A stretch of DNA of 64,000 bases from Flavobacteriales bacterium (GCA_020635395.1 JACJZV010000004.1:159429-223428); one strand, 5' to 3'; counted from the stretch's first letter, positions 41,568 through 51,552 are shown. Numbers and translations: made by a program. Notes: generated by a model not told the origin, from the sequence alone.

Positions 41568-41679
41568 CAGGATGCGAATAGACCGGAAATCACTTCCGAC
41601 CAGACATAATACAACCAATTTTCTATTTCATTTATCGGAAAAAATAAATAAGCCGAATTAGGTAGTTAATTTCGAGGCT

Positions 41680-42918
41680 TTGGAACTTCTCAAAGAAATA
41701 TACTCCACCTTGATTCGCAATCCATTGCGTTCTTTTCTTACTGCTTTTGGAGTAAGTTGGGGCATTTTTATGCTCATTATTTGTTTGGGATTGGGCCAGG
41801 GTTTAGAAAACGGCGTTAGACAAATGTTCGCCGGTTTTTCGGGCAACAACATGTTTGTTTGGGGGCAATCCACCTCTTTGCCCTATGCCGGATTTACTGA
41901 AGGCAGGCGGGTTCAGCTAAAAATGGATGATGTTGATTTAATTAGGGCAAAAATAAAAGGCCTAAAAATTGTGGCACCCCGCACCCAGCTTGGAGGCTAT
42001 GGCGAAGGCAACAACGTAAAATACAACAATGAATCGGGGGCATTTTCTATACACGGCGATATTCCGGATGTACGAAAAATATATATGTGGGAACAAATGC
42101 AGGGTAGGTTTATCAATGAAATTGACTACAAATATGCCCGCAAAGTATGCACCATTGGCAAACGCGTAAAAGAAGTTTTGTTTAAAGATGAAAACCCCAT
42201 TGGCAAATACATTTCAGCCAACGGTATTTCGTTTATGGTGGTGGGTGTCCACAAATCGCCAAGTTCGGGTGAAATGGCTGAAAGAGACGAGCAACAAATC
42301 ATTGTACCCATCAGCACCTATCAAAAGGCGTTTGATGGCTCCAACAACATAAACTGGATGGCCATACAGTGTGAAGACGATGTTAATTCTCAAAAAATTC
42401 AGGAAGAGATAATTAATTTGTTACGCCCAAAACACAAAGTGCATCCCGATGACCCAAGAGGCTTTGGCTCGTTTAACACCCAAGAACGATTTGGCCCTAT
42501 GCAAATGACGTTTCTAACGGTGCGTGCATTGGCTTGGTTTGTGGGCATTATGACCCTTTTTGCTGGAATAATAGGTGTGAGCAACATCATGTTGGTAACG
42601 GTAAAAGAGCGAACAAAAGAAATTGGAATTAGAAGAGCCATTGGTGCAAGACCAAGAAACATTTTAATCCAAATTTTGTTGGAGGCAGTTGCCCTTACTT
42701 TTTTTGCCGGATATATTGGACTGATGGCCGGAATTTGGTTGGTAGAAATTTTGGGAAGATCTGGAGCAAGTGGTCAAATGTTCAAAAACCCAGAAGTGCC
42801 TTTTTATGTGGCGGTTACGGCCCTTTTTGTACTTATTTTTTCGGGTGCTATTGCCGGATTATTGCCTGCAAGTAAGGCATTAAAAATCAAACCTGTGGAG
42901 GCTTTGAGATATGAGTAA
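41680..42918 (+). CDS. ABC transporter permease, FtsX/MacB-like (no adjacent ATPase)
   Basis: TTG start. Topology is TM1 (LRSFLTAFGVSWGIFMLI), a large periplasmic domain, then three C-terminal TMs. ERTKEIGIRRAIGA is the FtsX-family signature. Confidence 0.85.
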   Translation: MELLKEIYSTLIRNPLRSFLTAFGVSWGIFMLIICLGLGQGLENGVRQMFAGFSGNNMFVWGQSTSLPYAGFTEGRRVQLKMDDVDLIRAKIKGLKIVAPRTQLGGYGEGNNVKYNNESGAFSIHGDIPDVRKIYMWEQMQGRFINEIDYKYARKVCTIGKRVKEVLFKDENPIGKYISANGISFMVVGVHKSPSSGEMAERDEQQIIVPISTYQKAFDGSNNINWMAIQCEDDVNSQKIQEEIINLLRPKHKVHPDDPRGFGSFNTQERFGPMQMTFLTVRALAWFVGIMTLFAGIIGVSNIMLVTVKERTKEIGIRRAIGARPRNILIQILLEAVALTFFAGYIGLMAGIWLVEILGRSGASGQMFKNPEVPFYVAVTALFVLIFSGAIAGLLPASKALKIKPVEALRYE

Positions 42919-43009
42919 ACCTATTTTGGAAGTCAAAATTCCACTCAACAAGACTTTAAAAAACTTTGGTTCGTTATTTGTAAGTAGCTTTGCAATTCAC
43001 TTTTATTCG

Positions 43010-44287
43010 ATGAACATAAAAAAATTCCTTTTCGTTTTGGCCTTCGCTGCTTTTATGTCGCAGAAATCTAAGGCTGAACTTATATACAATAATTTTATTT
43101 ACGACTCACTTGTAGAAACCGTGATATTTGGGCAAAACACCTCGGTTTACAGCCCATTGGCCATTATGGAATTGGGCAAAACCAACGCCATGCGGTTGAA
43201 ATTTGACAAACTAAAAGCCGATAATGAGTTCTACCAATACACCATTGTTCATTGCAGCCACGATTGGAAACCAAGCAATTTGCAAAAAACAGAATACATC
43301 GAAGGTTCGTTTATGGGTGATATTATGGATTTTGAATATTCAACAAATACCTTCCAACAATATGTTCAATACGAATTAATTTTCCCTACATTGGATATGC
43401 AGATAACCAAATCGGGCAACTATCTTTTAAAAATTTACCGCAATTTTGACGAAAATGATTTGGTGCTAACCCGCCGATTTATGGTTGTAGAAAGCGTGAC
43501 ATCTATAACCGGAACAGCCCGGCCAGCCACCAATGCTACCGACAGATTTAGTAAACAGGAAGTAGATTTTGAAATAAACTATGAAAATTTTGATTTGCAA
43601 AACCCCTTTACCAATATCAACACAGTAATTATTCAAAACAATAGTTGGAACAATTCTATCCAGAACTTGAAGCCTATGTTTATGAGTAACAATATGTTAC
43701 AATTCAACTATGAAAATGAAAACGTGATGGTTGGCACCAACGAGTTCCGATATTTCGACATCCGTTCATTGCGTTCATTCAGCACCAATGTGGTTGATAA
43801 ATACACTGATTCATTGAGAAATGCCGTGTTGAAAGGCGAAGAAATAAAAGCTCATCTGAATTATATCAAAACAATTGACTACAACGGAAAAAGAGTAATT
43901 CAAAACACCGATGGTCAAGATGCAACCGAAAATGGCGACTACGTTTTGGTACATTTCAGCTTGCGAAGCGATAATGAGCTTAATGTGGGCGATGTGTATG
44001 TATATGGCGAATTGAGCGACTGGAGATTGCAGGATAAATTCAAAATGACATACTACCCAAACGAAAAAATTTATTACTTGGCCGTAAAATTAAAACAGAG
44101 TTATTACAACTACCATTTTGTAACCAAAGACCCTGAAACGGGCAAAGTGACCTACGATTTTACAGAAGGAAATCATTCGGAAACAGAAAATGATTATACC
44201 GTTTTGGCCTACTACTACGACAACTATTATGGTTACGACAGGCTTATTGGTTACACCACCATAAATACAATGACTGACAGGAAATAA
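43010..44287 (+). CDS. DUF5103-like protein (family of the T9SS SprA plug protein), secreted
   Basis: Start moved to ATG 43010 (MNIKKFLFVLAFAAFMSQKSKA signal). The segment FYQYTIVHCSHDWKPSNL...EYIEGF...SGNYLLKIY resembles my recollection of the DUF5103 / T9SS plug first domain. Needs an HMM check. Confidence 0.5.
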   Translation: MNIKKFLFVLAFAAFMSQKSKAELIYNNFIYDSLVETVIFGQNTSVYSPLAIMELGKTNAMRLKFDKLKADNEFYQYTIVHCSHDWKPSNLQKTEYIEGSFMGDIMDFEYSTNTFQQYVQYELIFPTLDMQITKSGNYLLKIYRNFDENDLVLTRRFMVVESVTSITGTARPATNATDRFSKQEVDFEINYENFDLQNPFTNINTVIIQNNSWNNSIQNLKPMFMSNNMLQFNYENENVMVGTNEFRYFDIRSLRSFSTNVVDKYTDSLRNAVLKGEEIKAHLNYIKTIDYNGKRVIQNTDGQDATENGDYVLVHFSLRSDNELNVGDVYVYGELSDWRLQDKFKMTYYPNEKIYYLAVKLKQSYYNYHFVTKDPETGKVTYDFTEGNHSETENDYTVLAYYYDNYYGYDRLIGYTTINTMTDRK

Positions 44288-44303
44288 TTCAGTTCGACCA
44301 AAC

Positions 44304-44311
44304 TATTTTTG
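44304..44311 (+). promoter_or_regulatory. candidate -7 promoter box for dprA-queA
   Basis: TATTTTTG (TAnnTTTG) ending 16 nt before the dprA ATG. Confidence 0.35.
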
Positions 44312-44327
44312 CATCACTTTTTATTAA

Positions 44328-45431
44328 ATGACTGAATCAACGCTGTTGTATCAACTTGCACTGAGCCAAATACCCATGGTAGGCTCTGTTTTAGCTAAAA
44401 ATTTGGTTGGTTATTGTGGCAGTGTTGAAGCCATTTTTTCAGAATCTTTAAACGGCTTAAAAAAAATTCCCGGCATTGGTGAGGCAATTGCCAAATCAGT
44501 TTATAATTTTAAAGATTTTGAGCCATTGCAAAAAGAGGTTGAATTTATAAGTAGGCACCATATCAAAACACATTTTTTTACCGAAAAAACATACCCTTAT
44601 AAGCTAAAACAGATTGCAGATGCCCCCATTCTATTGTTTCAAAAGGGCGATTTTGCAGATTTTGAAAACCGCTCGTTGGCTATTGTTGGCACTCGCAAAT
44701 GCAGTGCTTTTGGCAGAGACATTACCCATCAAATCGTTGCTGATTTAAAAACATACAACCCCACAATATACAGCGGATTGGCATACGGGGTAGATGCTTT
44801 TGCACATAAAGCTGCGGTAAACAACAACCTCAAAACAATTGGTGTGTTGGCACATGGGTTGGATAGAATTTATCCGGCCACGCACTCGAATTTGGCCAAT
44901 GAAATGATTGAAAATGGTGGTGCACTTATCACAGAATACAAAAGCGAGACAAATCCGGATAGAGAGAATTTTCCGACACGAAACAGAATTGTGGCGGGCT
45001 TGGTAGATGCCGTTTTGGTAGTAGAAACAGCCATTAAAGGTGGCTCAATGATAACGGCTAATCTTGCATTTGGATATGACCGAGATGTTTTTGCCATACC
45101 AAACCGCCCGGGCGATGATAAAACGGCCGGTTGCAATTATCTGATAAAAAACAACAAAGCTACATTGGTAGAAAGTGCCGCCGATATTGCCTTTGCATTG
45201 GGATGGGACATCGAAACCAAGAAAACGACCAAACAAACGACTTTGTTTGTAGAACTTACAACCGACGAACAAATAATAGTGGATAGCTTGAAAACAAATG
45301 GGGTACTCAGCATTGATTCGCTGTCGAACCGAACCGATTTTTCTGCCAGCAAATTGGCTTTTCTTTTATTGGAACTCGAATTTAAAAATGTTGTCCGAAA
45401 TTTGCCCGGAAAACAATTTGAATTGGCGTGA
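44328..45431 (+). CDS. dprA: DNA-processing protein DprA (Smf)
   Basis: IVGTRKCSAFG, GLAYGVDAFAHKAA, FPTRNRI(V/I)AGL and GGSMITA motifs. 367 aa. Confidence 0.9.
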   Translation: MTESTLLYQLALSQIPMVGSVLAKNLVGYCGSVEAIFSESLNGLKKIPGIGEAIAKSVYNFKDFEPLQKEVEFISRHHIKTHFFTEKTYPYKLKQIADAPILLFQKGDFADFENRSLAIVGTRKCSAFGRDITHQIVADLKTYNPTIYSGLAYGVDAFAHKAAVNNNLKTIGVLAHGLDRIYPATHSNLANEMIENGGALITEYKSETNPDRENFPTRNRIVAGLVDAVLVVETAIKGGSMITANLAFGYDRDVFAIPNRPGDDKTAGCNYLIKNNKATLVESAADIAFALGWDIETKKTTKQTTLFVELTTDEQIIVDSLKTNGVLSIDSLSNRTDFSASKLAFLLLELEFKNVVRNLPGKQFELA

Positions 45432-46633
45432 GTATTGAGCACTTTCAAAACATAAAAATATCCGACTTTGACTATGATTTGCCCACCGATTTGGTGGCAC
45501 AGCATCCGCTTAAAAACCGCAGCGATTCAAAGCTTTTGATTTATAAAGACAATCAAATAAGTCATTATCATTTTCATGATTTGCCCCATTTTTTGCCCGA
45601 AAACTCATGGATTATTTTCAACAATACCAAAGTTATTCCGGCACGAATATTTGCCAAAAAAGCTACAGGGGCGGTTATTCAATTGTTTTTACTAAATCCT
45701 GTTACGCCCTCCACCGATGTGGAGCGTGTGCTAAAAATTAAAGACTCCAAAATTGCTTGGCAATGTCTTGTTGGAAATGCCAAAAAGTGGAAAGATGGTG
45801 AAGTTTTGGTTGTTCAAATGGAAAATTTTGGGTTATCTGCCAAACTTTTGGATAGAGCTAAAATGATTGTCGAATTTGATTGGGATGCGGAAATAAGTTT
45901 TTCGGAAGTGATTGAAAAAATTGGCAATATGCCGCTGCCCCCATATATAAAAAGAGCTGAAGAGGTTGAGGACAAAGGCAGGTATCAAACCGTTTTTGCG
46001 AAAAACGATGGAGCAGTGGCCGCCCCAACAGCCGGGCTTCATTTTACTCAAAATATCATTGACCAGCTCAACCAAAAACACATTAACACCGCTGAAGTTA
46101 CCTTACATGTAGGAGCAGGAACTTTTAAACCTGTTGATGAAGAATTGGTTTGGAAACATCCAATGCACAATGAATTTTTTAGTGTATCGATAGAGCAACT
46201 ACAAAAAATAGCCAATTCAAACTATAGAATTGCTACTGGAACTACCACCTTGCGAACATTGGAATCTCTTTATTGGTGTGGTGTTAAACTATCAAAAGGA
46301 GAAGCGGAACCTTTTTTTGTGGAACAACACTATCCTTATCGAAAGGATAGTACCATTTCGTTTGAAGAATCTATAAAACAAGTAATAGATTACGCCTTCA
46401 AAAATGATTTATCATCAATACATGGCAGCAGCGAATTAATGATTATGCCTGGTTATACAATCCGTTCGATAAACGCTTTGATAACGAATTTTCATTTACC
46501 CAAGTCAACCTTGCTTCTGCTGGTATCGGCCTTGGTTGGCAGTGATTGGAAAAATATTTATGACGAAGCAAAGAACAATCAATATCGTTTTTTGAGTTAT
46601 GGCGACAGTAGCTTACTCTTTGCTAAAACCTAA
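45428..46633 (+). CDS. queA: tRNA preQ1(34) S-adenosylmethionine ribosyltransferase-isomerase
   Basis: GTG start overlapping the dprA stop. Motifs are ISDFDYDLPTDLVAQHPL..RSDSKLL, AAPTAGLHFT, TLHVGAGTF and GTTTLRTLES. Confidence 0.9.
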   Translation: MSIEHFQNIKISDFDYDLPTDLVAQHPLKNRSDSKLLIYKDNQISHYHFHDLPHFLPENSWIIFNNTKVIPARIFAKKATGAVIQLFLLNPVTPSTDVERVLKIKDSKIAWQCLVGNAKKWKDGEVLVVQMENFGLSAKLLDRAKMIVEFDWDAEISFSEVIEKIGNMPLPPYIKRAEEVEDKGRYQTVFAKNDGAVAAPTAGLHFTQNIIDQLNQKHINTAEVTLHVGAGTFKPVDEELVWKHPMHNEFFSVSIEQLQKIANSNYRIATGTTTLRTLESLYWCGVKLSKGEAEPFFVEQHYPYRKDSTISFEESIKQVIDYAFKNDLSSIHGSSELMIMPGYTIRSINALITNFHLPKSTLLLLVSALVGSDWKNIYDEAKNNQYRFLSYGDSSLLFAKT

Positions 46634-46668
46634 AAGCCACACACTTGTTTATCACTAAAAACAGAAAA

Positions 46669-47538
46669 ATGCGAGAGATTAGTACCATTATTCCAGCAGA
46701 AAAAGTAAATATGGGAGGCAATATTATCGACCAACCTCTTCCAGTGAGCGAATTAGAAATGCACGATCCGTTTTTGCTTATTCACCATTGGAAACACGAG
46801 CTTCTTGGCAATCGGAAACAACAAGATTTGGGTGTTGGGCCTCATCCGCATCGGGGCTTTTCTCCGGTTACTATCATTTTTGATGGAGCTGTGCATCATA
46901 GAGACAGTCGAGGAAACGATTCGGTGGTTCAATCGGGCGGTACGCAGTGGATGAATGCGGGCATGGGCATTACCCATAGCGAACGCCCCAGCAAGGAATT
47001 GGCCGAAAATGGCGGTATGTTTGAATTTATTCAGTTTTGGGTTAATTCCCCTGCGAATTTAAAAATGAAACAACCTGAATATCAAGCATTAGATGAGTCT
47101 AAAATTCCTGTTTTCTGTTCTGATGACGAAAGAGCATCTATCCAAATAATAGCTGGCGAGCAGTTTGGAATGAAGGGGCCTACAAAAGTGGATTGGCCGC
47201 TTCTCATTTTAAGGCTGGATTTAAAAAAAGGTGGAAAAATTTTATTGGATATTCCGTCAGATTTCAATGCCTTATTTTACAATTTGGATGGAAATGTTAC
47301 GATAAACAGTGGTAAACGCGTATTTATGAAAGATATGGCCGTATTTGAGAAAAGTGAAGAAACCGAAATTTTGATAGAGGCCAACGACGTAACAAGGGCT
47401 ATTTTGTTGGCCGGAAAACCTATTAACGAACCAGTGGCAAGCTATGGACCGTTTGTAATGAACAATGAAACCCAGCTTATGCAGGCACTTCGAGATGCTC
47501 AAATGGGCAAGATGGGCATTTTAATTGAGGAGTTTTAG
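46669..47538 (+). CDS. pirin family protein
   Basis: HPHRGFSPVTII and QWMNAGMGITHSE cupin motifs. Start taken at ATG 46669. Confidence 0.85.
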   Translation: MREISTIIPAEKVNMGGNIIDQPLPVSELEMHDPFLLIHHWKHELLGNRKQQDLGVGPHPHRGFSPVTIIFDGAVHHRDSRGNDSVVQSGGTQWMNAGMGITHSERPSKELAENGGMFEFIQFWVNSPANLKMKQPEYQALDESKIPVFCSDDERASIQIIAGEQFGMKGPTKVDWPLLILRLDLKKGGKILLDIPSDFNALFYNLDGNVTINSGKRVFMKDMAVFEKSEETEILIEANDVTRAILLAGKPINEPVASYGPFVMNNETQLMQALRDAQMGKMGILIEEF

Positions 47539-47539
47539 T

Positions 47540-47926
47540 TTAACTCCATACCACTTCTACATCATATTTTTCGAAATTTTCATCTTTGGTTATTATCGGA
47601 ATATTTTCTATAATTCCTTGTGCAACAATGATTCGATCAAATGGGTCTCTGTGATAAAAATCAAGGTCAATAATTCCAGCAATATGCTCTATCGTAATGG
47701 GTAATAGTTCAAAGTCGTATTTGGTAATTATCTTGGCTATTTCTCCAAATCCACCGTTCAAGTACAACTTATTGAGTGATATTTTAATAGCAATTTCCCA
47801 TATTGAAGCAATACTAACATAGCACTTATTATCAAGTTTTTTGATTATGTTTTTTGATTTTGTAGGTAGCTGATTGTCTCCATTTAGAAACCAAATTAAG
47901 GCATGCGTATCTAACAAATAATTCAT
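47540..47926 (-). CDS. vapC: type II toxin-antitoxin system VapC-family PIN-domain toxin
   Basis: 128 aa with YLLDTHALIW (first acidic residue), SIWEIAIK and HRDPFDRIIVAQ (PIN acidic residues). TAATG overlap with the upstream antitoxin ORF. Confidence 0.85.
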   Translation of the reverse strand: MNYLLDTHALIWFLNGDNQLPTKSKNIIKKLDNKCYVSIASIWEIAIKISLNKLYLNGGFGEIAKIITKYDFELLPITIEHIAGIIDLDFYHRDPFDRIIVAQGIIENIPIITKDENFEKYDVEVVWS

Positions 47927-48132
47927 TATTGCATATACTCTTTAAAATCTTCTAAAGCATCATCAAAATTATCAGGCATGTTGAACATTCCCTTGGCACA
48001 ACCAAATTCTCGTTGTTTTACTTCAATTTTTGACTTGCCTTTTGATTTTAAAAAATCCACAAAATCCTTTACTTCCTGCTTTAGTGCCGCTGGAAGTTTA
48101 CTAATTTCAGTGTAAAGTTGGATATTATCCAT
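47926..48132 (-). CDS. DUF2281-type antitoxin
   Basis: 68 aa with ISKLPAALKQEVKDFVDFLKSK ... REFGCAKGMFNMPDNFDDALEDFKEYM, matching the DUF2281 pattern. Translationally coupled to vapC. Confidence 0.72.
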   Translation of the reverse strand: MDNIQLYTEISKLPAALKQEVKDFVDFLKSKGKSKIEVKQREFGCAKGMFNMPDNFDDALEDFKEYMQ

Positions 48133-48268
48133 AACAATCTTTTCTTCAAAGATACCTCATTTATAAAAATTTATCAAAACCGACTTATGTAAAATCGAAG
48201 AATTTACATAATAATCAAAAACTATACAGTTATAAAATCATATAATTTTTATTGACAAATAGAGTTCT

Positions 48269-48276
48269 TAACTTTG
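48269..48276 (+). promoter_or_regulatory. candidate -7 promoter box for thioredoxin gene
   Basis: TAACTTTG ending 17 nt before ATG 48294. Confidence 0.35.
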
Positions 48277-48293
48277 TCAGAAAAAACAGAGAA

Positions 48294-48611
48294 ATGAGTG
48301 TACAGATAAGCACCGATAGCGATTTTAAGGATTTGTTGCAATCAAACGAGAAAGTAGTAGTAAAATATTTTGCCAACTGGTGTGGCAGTTGCAAGTTATT
48401 TGCCCCAAAATTTCGACGATTATCGGATGATGAACGATTTAAGGATGTCCTTTTCCTTGATGTAAATGCCGAAGAAAATTTAGATGCACGCAAAATGGCC
48501 GGAGTGAATAACCTACCCTATTTTGCCATTTTTAAAAATGGAGAACTAGTGAGTGGGGCGGCCACGAATAAAGAAGAAAATGTTGTTGAACTAATAAATC
48601 AGCTTGGATAA
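48294..48611 (+). CDS. thioredoxin family protein (WCGSC active site)
   Basis: 105 aa from the internal ATG, with VVVKYFANWCGSCKLFAPKF. The canonical WCGPC motif has Pro replaced by Ser. Confidence 0.85.
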   Translation: MSVQISTDSDFKDLLQSNEKVVVKYFANWCGSCKLFAPKFRRLSDDERFKDVLFLDVNAEENLDARKMAGVNNLPYFAIFKNGELVSGAATNKEENVVELINQLG

Positions 48612-48853
48612 TGCATTTACCAACAGTAAAACATTTGGTTGAGAATTTTGAAAAAACTCAATTAGAAGCTGCGGAGGCGGCTATTTTAGAGGAACAAACT
48701 CCGGAAATAGAAATTGGTGGTGCAGACGAAGGCGAACAGTTGACTCATGTTATAGCGGCCATTTGGATAAAAAACGACATGATTGAAAACCACCGCGATT
48801 TGCGGGATTCTATGAGAGAATACACCAAAAAAGTACGAAAAAGTATCGATTAA
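48611..48853 (+). CDS. hypothetical small acidic protein, coupled to thioredoxin gene
   Basis: 80-aa ORF whose ATG overlaps the thioredoxin stop (TAATG). No family recognised. Confidence 0.5.
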   Translation: MHLPTVKHLVENFEKTQLEAAEAAILEEQTPEIEIGGADEGEQLTHVIAAIWIKNDMIENHRDLRDSMREYTKKVRKSID

Positions 48854-48901
48854 TTTTCTTTTTTTTAAAACCATTTAGAAATTAAGGGGCATTTGGATTT
48901 G

Positions 48902-49882
48902 TTAAAAACTTCCCAAGTAGGCTCCCAGCTCCATAAGCCACGCAATACCCATGTGTACCACAATGCCCCCCCAAATAGAACGGCTGTAGTATGATAAAAC
49001 CCCTAAAATAGCTCCGCCGAAAAAAGAACTAATTGTTTCTATCATCGGTTTTCCGAAATGTATAAAGACATAAAAAGAAGCCATTGGCAAAATAACTCCT
49101 GGCCCGGCAAAGCGGATGAAAGCGATGATTAAAAAACCCCGAAAAAAATACTCAATCGAAACAAAGTCGAGTCCGTAAATGAGTTCATAAAGCAACAAAT
49201 GACCCTGCGGTGGTTTCACACCATTACCAAAATAATAATCTAGATTTTTTAATCCCCGCGGATAATACCCGCCAAAATGATCGGTGAGCCCGAAACCAAT
49301 AACAAAGGGCAGCATTACCCCGAGTATAAGAAAGTATGGTCTTAAATCGAAATTTTTGACCGTAAACCCATAAGGCGTTTCCGAAGATTTTCTATCAAAT
49401 AGCCAATAGATGGTAATAGGTATCATTACGGCCAACATTCTGGCAATATCAAAAATGAGTCTTTTCCAAAAATTGGGATAGGTTTCAAACACTAATTTAC
49501 CAACAACATCATTGACTTTCCATTGCAAAGCCCCACGAAAGGCAAACATCGAAACTGCAAAAGCAAACAAAAGCCAAAACCGGATATCCGTGAGAAGTTT
49601 AAATTTTCCTTTAAAGAAAATGTAGCTCAGGTAGGCCACCAAAAACGGCACGGCATACTGCACAACATAGAAAGTAAAACTTCCCCACCTCCTCAAGTAC
49701 GTATATCGGAATCGAATAAAATTTGGCTCGCCATGAGCGTTTGGCGAATACGCCCAATAAATGGAAGCCCCAAGAAAAACAATCAAAAATAAGAGATACT
49801 TCCAGTCAAACTCCTCCTTATAGAATTTGACCAAATAACTCCAAAACTTTCCGAAGTATTTTTTTAAAAAACCGCTTATCAA
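48902..49882 (-). CDS. CPBP family intramembrane glutamic endopeptidase (CAAX/Abi-like)
   Basis: Polytopic membrane protein with SIEYFFRGF (E...R motif) and a later FIHFGK / VHMGIAW His motif. Confidence 0.65.
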   Translation of the reverse strand: MISGFLKKYFGKFWSYLVKFYKEEFDWKYLLFLIVFLGASIYWAYSPNAHGEPNFIRFRYTYLRRWGSFTFYVVQYAVPFLVAYLSYIFFKGKFKLLTDIRFWLLFAFAVSMFAFRGALQWKVNDVVGKLVFETYPNFWKRLIFDIARMLAVMIPITIYWLFDRKSSETPYGFTVKNFDLRPYFLILGVMLPFVIGFGLTDHFGGYYPRGLKNLDYYFGNGVKPPQGHLLLYELIYGLDFVSIEYFFRGFLIIAFIRFAGPGVILPMASFYVFIHFGKPMIETISSFFGGAILGVLSYYSRSIWGGIVVHMGIAWLMELGAYLGSF

Positions 49883-49894
49883 AATAGGCAGAAA

Positions 49895-50338
49895 TTATCC
49901 GGCTAACAATGCCTTTACCTTATCGGCAATAGCTTTTCCATCGGCTTTGCCTTTTAATTTTTGTGAAGCCATGCCCATTACCTTGCCCATATCAGCCATG
50001 CCAGAAGCCCCTGTTTGAGCTATAATGGTTTTTATTTCGGCAGCCAACTCCTCGTCAGTAAGTTGTTTTGGTAAAAAAGTTTCGATAACGGCCAACTCTT
50101 CTTCTTCAATAACGGCCAAATCTTCTCGGTTTTGCTGTCTAAAAATTTCGATAGAATCGCGGCGTTGTTTGGCCATTTTAACCAATGCCGCCACTTCATC
50201 GGCTTCTGTTGGCTCGCTTCCCGAAGTTTTTAACAAAAGTAAAGCCGCTTTTATGGCTCTAAGCGAACGCAAGGTGGCCTGATCTTTGGCCTTCATGGCC
50301 GCTTTTAGTTGTTCCGAAATTTGCTCTGAAAGATTCAT
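49895..50338 (-). CDS. GatB/YqeY domain-containing protein
   Basis: 147 aa with LSEQISEQLKAAMKAKD...LRSLRAIKAAL, typical of the YqeY family. Confidence 0.85.
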   Translation of the reverse strand: MNLSEQISEQLKAAMKAKDQATLRSLRAIKAALLLLKTSGSEPTEADEVAALVKMAKQRRDSIEIFRQQNREDLAVIEEEELAVIETFLPKQLTDEELAAEIKTIIAQTGASGMADMGKVMGMASQKLKGKADGKAIADKVKALLAG

Positions 50339-50429
50339 GCTGCGAATTTAGGTGCATTTAGGAGAATAGTCCATCCAATTATGTAATAATAGACAATTGG
50401 TTCAAACTAAACACAATTGTATTGGTCAT

Positions 50430-51032
50430 TCATCCCGACTTTCTTAATTCAAACAGCCGATTTTCCCGATAGAACTTTTCTTGCCTTTTTAACATGTAAT
50501 GTTCGCCTGTTTGTCTTAGTGTTACTTTTTTACTGAGCTGCCGAGTTAACATTATATGTGTTTCCCAAGAGTATTCGGGGCTTAGTTCAATCATCTGCCC
50601 ATACGTCTTCAAAGATTCTACGATAATTTTCCCACCCCAATAATTTAGAACAACGACCCCTGCAGAATCTAAGGAATACATTGAATCATTATATTCCATA
50701 GAGATTCTCTCGTCGTGTCGTCTTAAACACCAATCCAAAATCTCAATAGTTATGCGATTTGTATCTAGTTCATAATCAAAATCCGCTTGCCTATCTAAAG
50801 GTTGAAATTGAAAAATGAATGAATCATTAATCTGTTTATAGATTCCACGACCAATTACCTCGGTAGTACAATCACTCTGCAAAAACAAGAAATTTCGGTT
50901 GGTTGTATCCAAATAGTATTGACTGTAGGTTATAGTAGAATCAAACGCCTGTTCCAAAATGATTTGAGCCCGGGTTTGGAATGCCAACACGTTTGGAAAA
51001 ATAAGTATCAAAATTTGTTTCCACTTTCTCAT
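50430..51032 (-). CDS. hypothetical secreted protein
   Basis: 200-aa ORF with signal-like MRKWKQILILIFPNVLAFQTRAQ. No family recognised. AT-rich. Confidence 0.5.
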   Translation of the reverse strand: MRKWKQILILIFPNVLAFQTRAQIILEQAFDSTITYSQYYLDTTNRNFLFLQSDCTTEVIGRGIYKQINDSFIFQFQPLDRQADFDYELDTNRITIEILDWCLRRHDERISMEYNDSMYSLDSAGVVVLNYWGGKIIVESLKTYGQMIELSPEYSWETHIMLTRQLSKKVTLRQTGEHYMLKRQEKFYRENRLFELRKSG

Positions 51033-51042
51033 TAAAATCTAG

Positions 51043-51552
51043 CTAATCCGTAATTTCAACCTTATCAAGATTTGAATCAACTAATATCTTGTTTGACCAA
51101 ATTTCTTTGCCCTTGTGAGAAATGCCTAACCTAAACCCCGATTCTGCATCAGAGTCTGTTGCTGCCAAACGCCTCACCGTCAAATGATAGATTTTCGTTT
51201 CCAGTGGTTTGATAGCCTCAGTCAGTAAACTTGAACAATAGCATATTTCCCGATTCTCAAAATACATTTCAAAATGCTCTTTGTTGTCCAGCATAAAACT
51301 GCTTTCCACATTACATGAGTGCGGATTGAAATGTTGGTCTGAATGACCCGAATTAAAAACACGCAACTCAATAAAAAAGAGGTCGTTTTCTATTTTTTCT
51401 ATTTCAGCGTAAATTTCTAGAAAAGAATATGGAGAAACTTCTTCTTTTGATTTTTCCAATTTTGCTATTTGAGATTCTGTTTTTTGACATCCAACAAAAG
51501 CCACACATGAAAGCAGAAAGAGCAATAGATGAGAGGCGATTCGTTTATGCAT
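51043..51552 (-). CDS. hypothetical lipoprotein
   Basis: 169-aa ORF with lipobox LLSCVAFVGC. No family recognised. Confidence 0.5.
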   Translation of the reverse strand: MHKRIASHLLLFLLSCVAFVGCQKTESQIAKLEKSKEEVSPYSFLEIYAEIEKIENDLFFIELRVFNSGHSDQHFNPHSCNVESSFMLDNKEHFEMYFENREICYCSSLLTEAIKPLETKIYHLTVRRLAATDSDAESGFRLGISHKGKEIWSNKILVDSNLDKVEITD

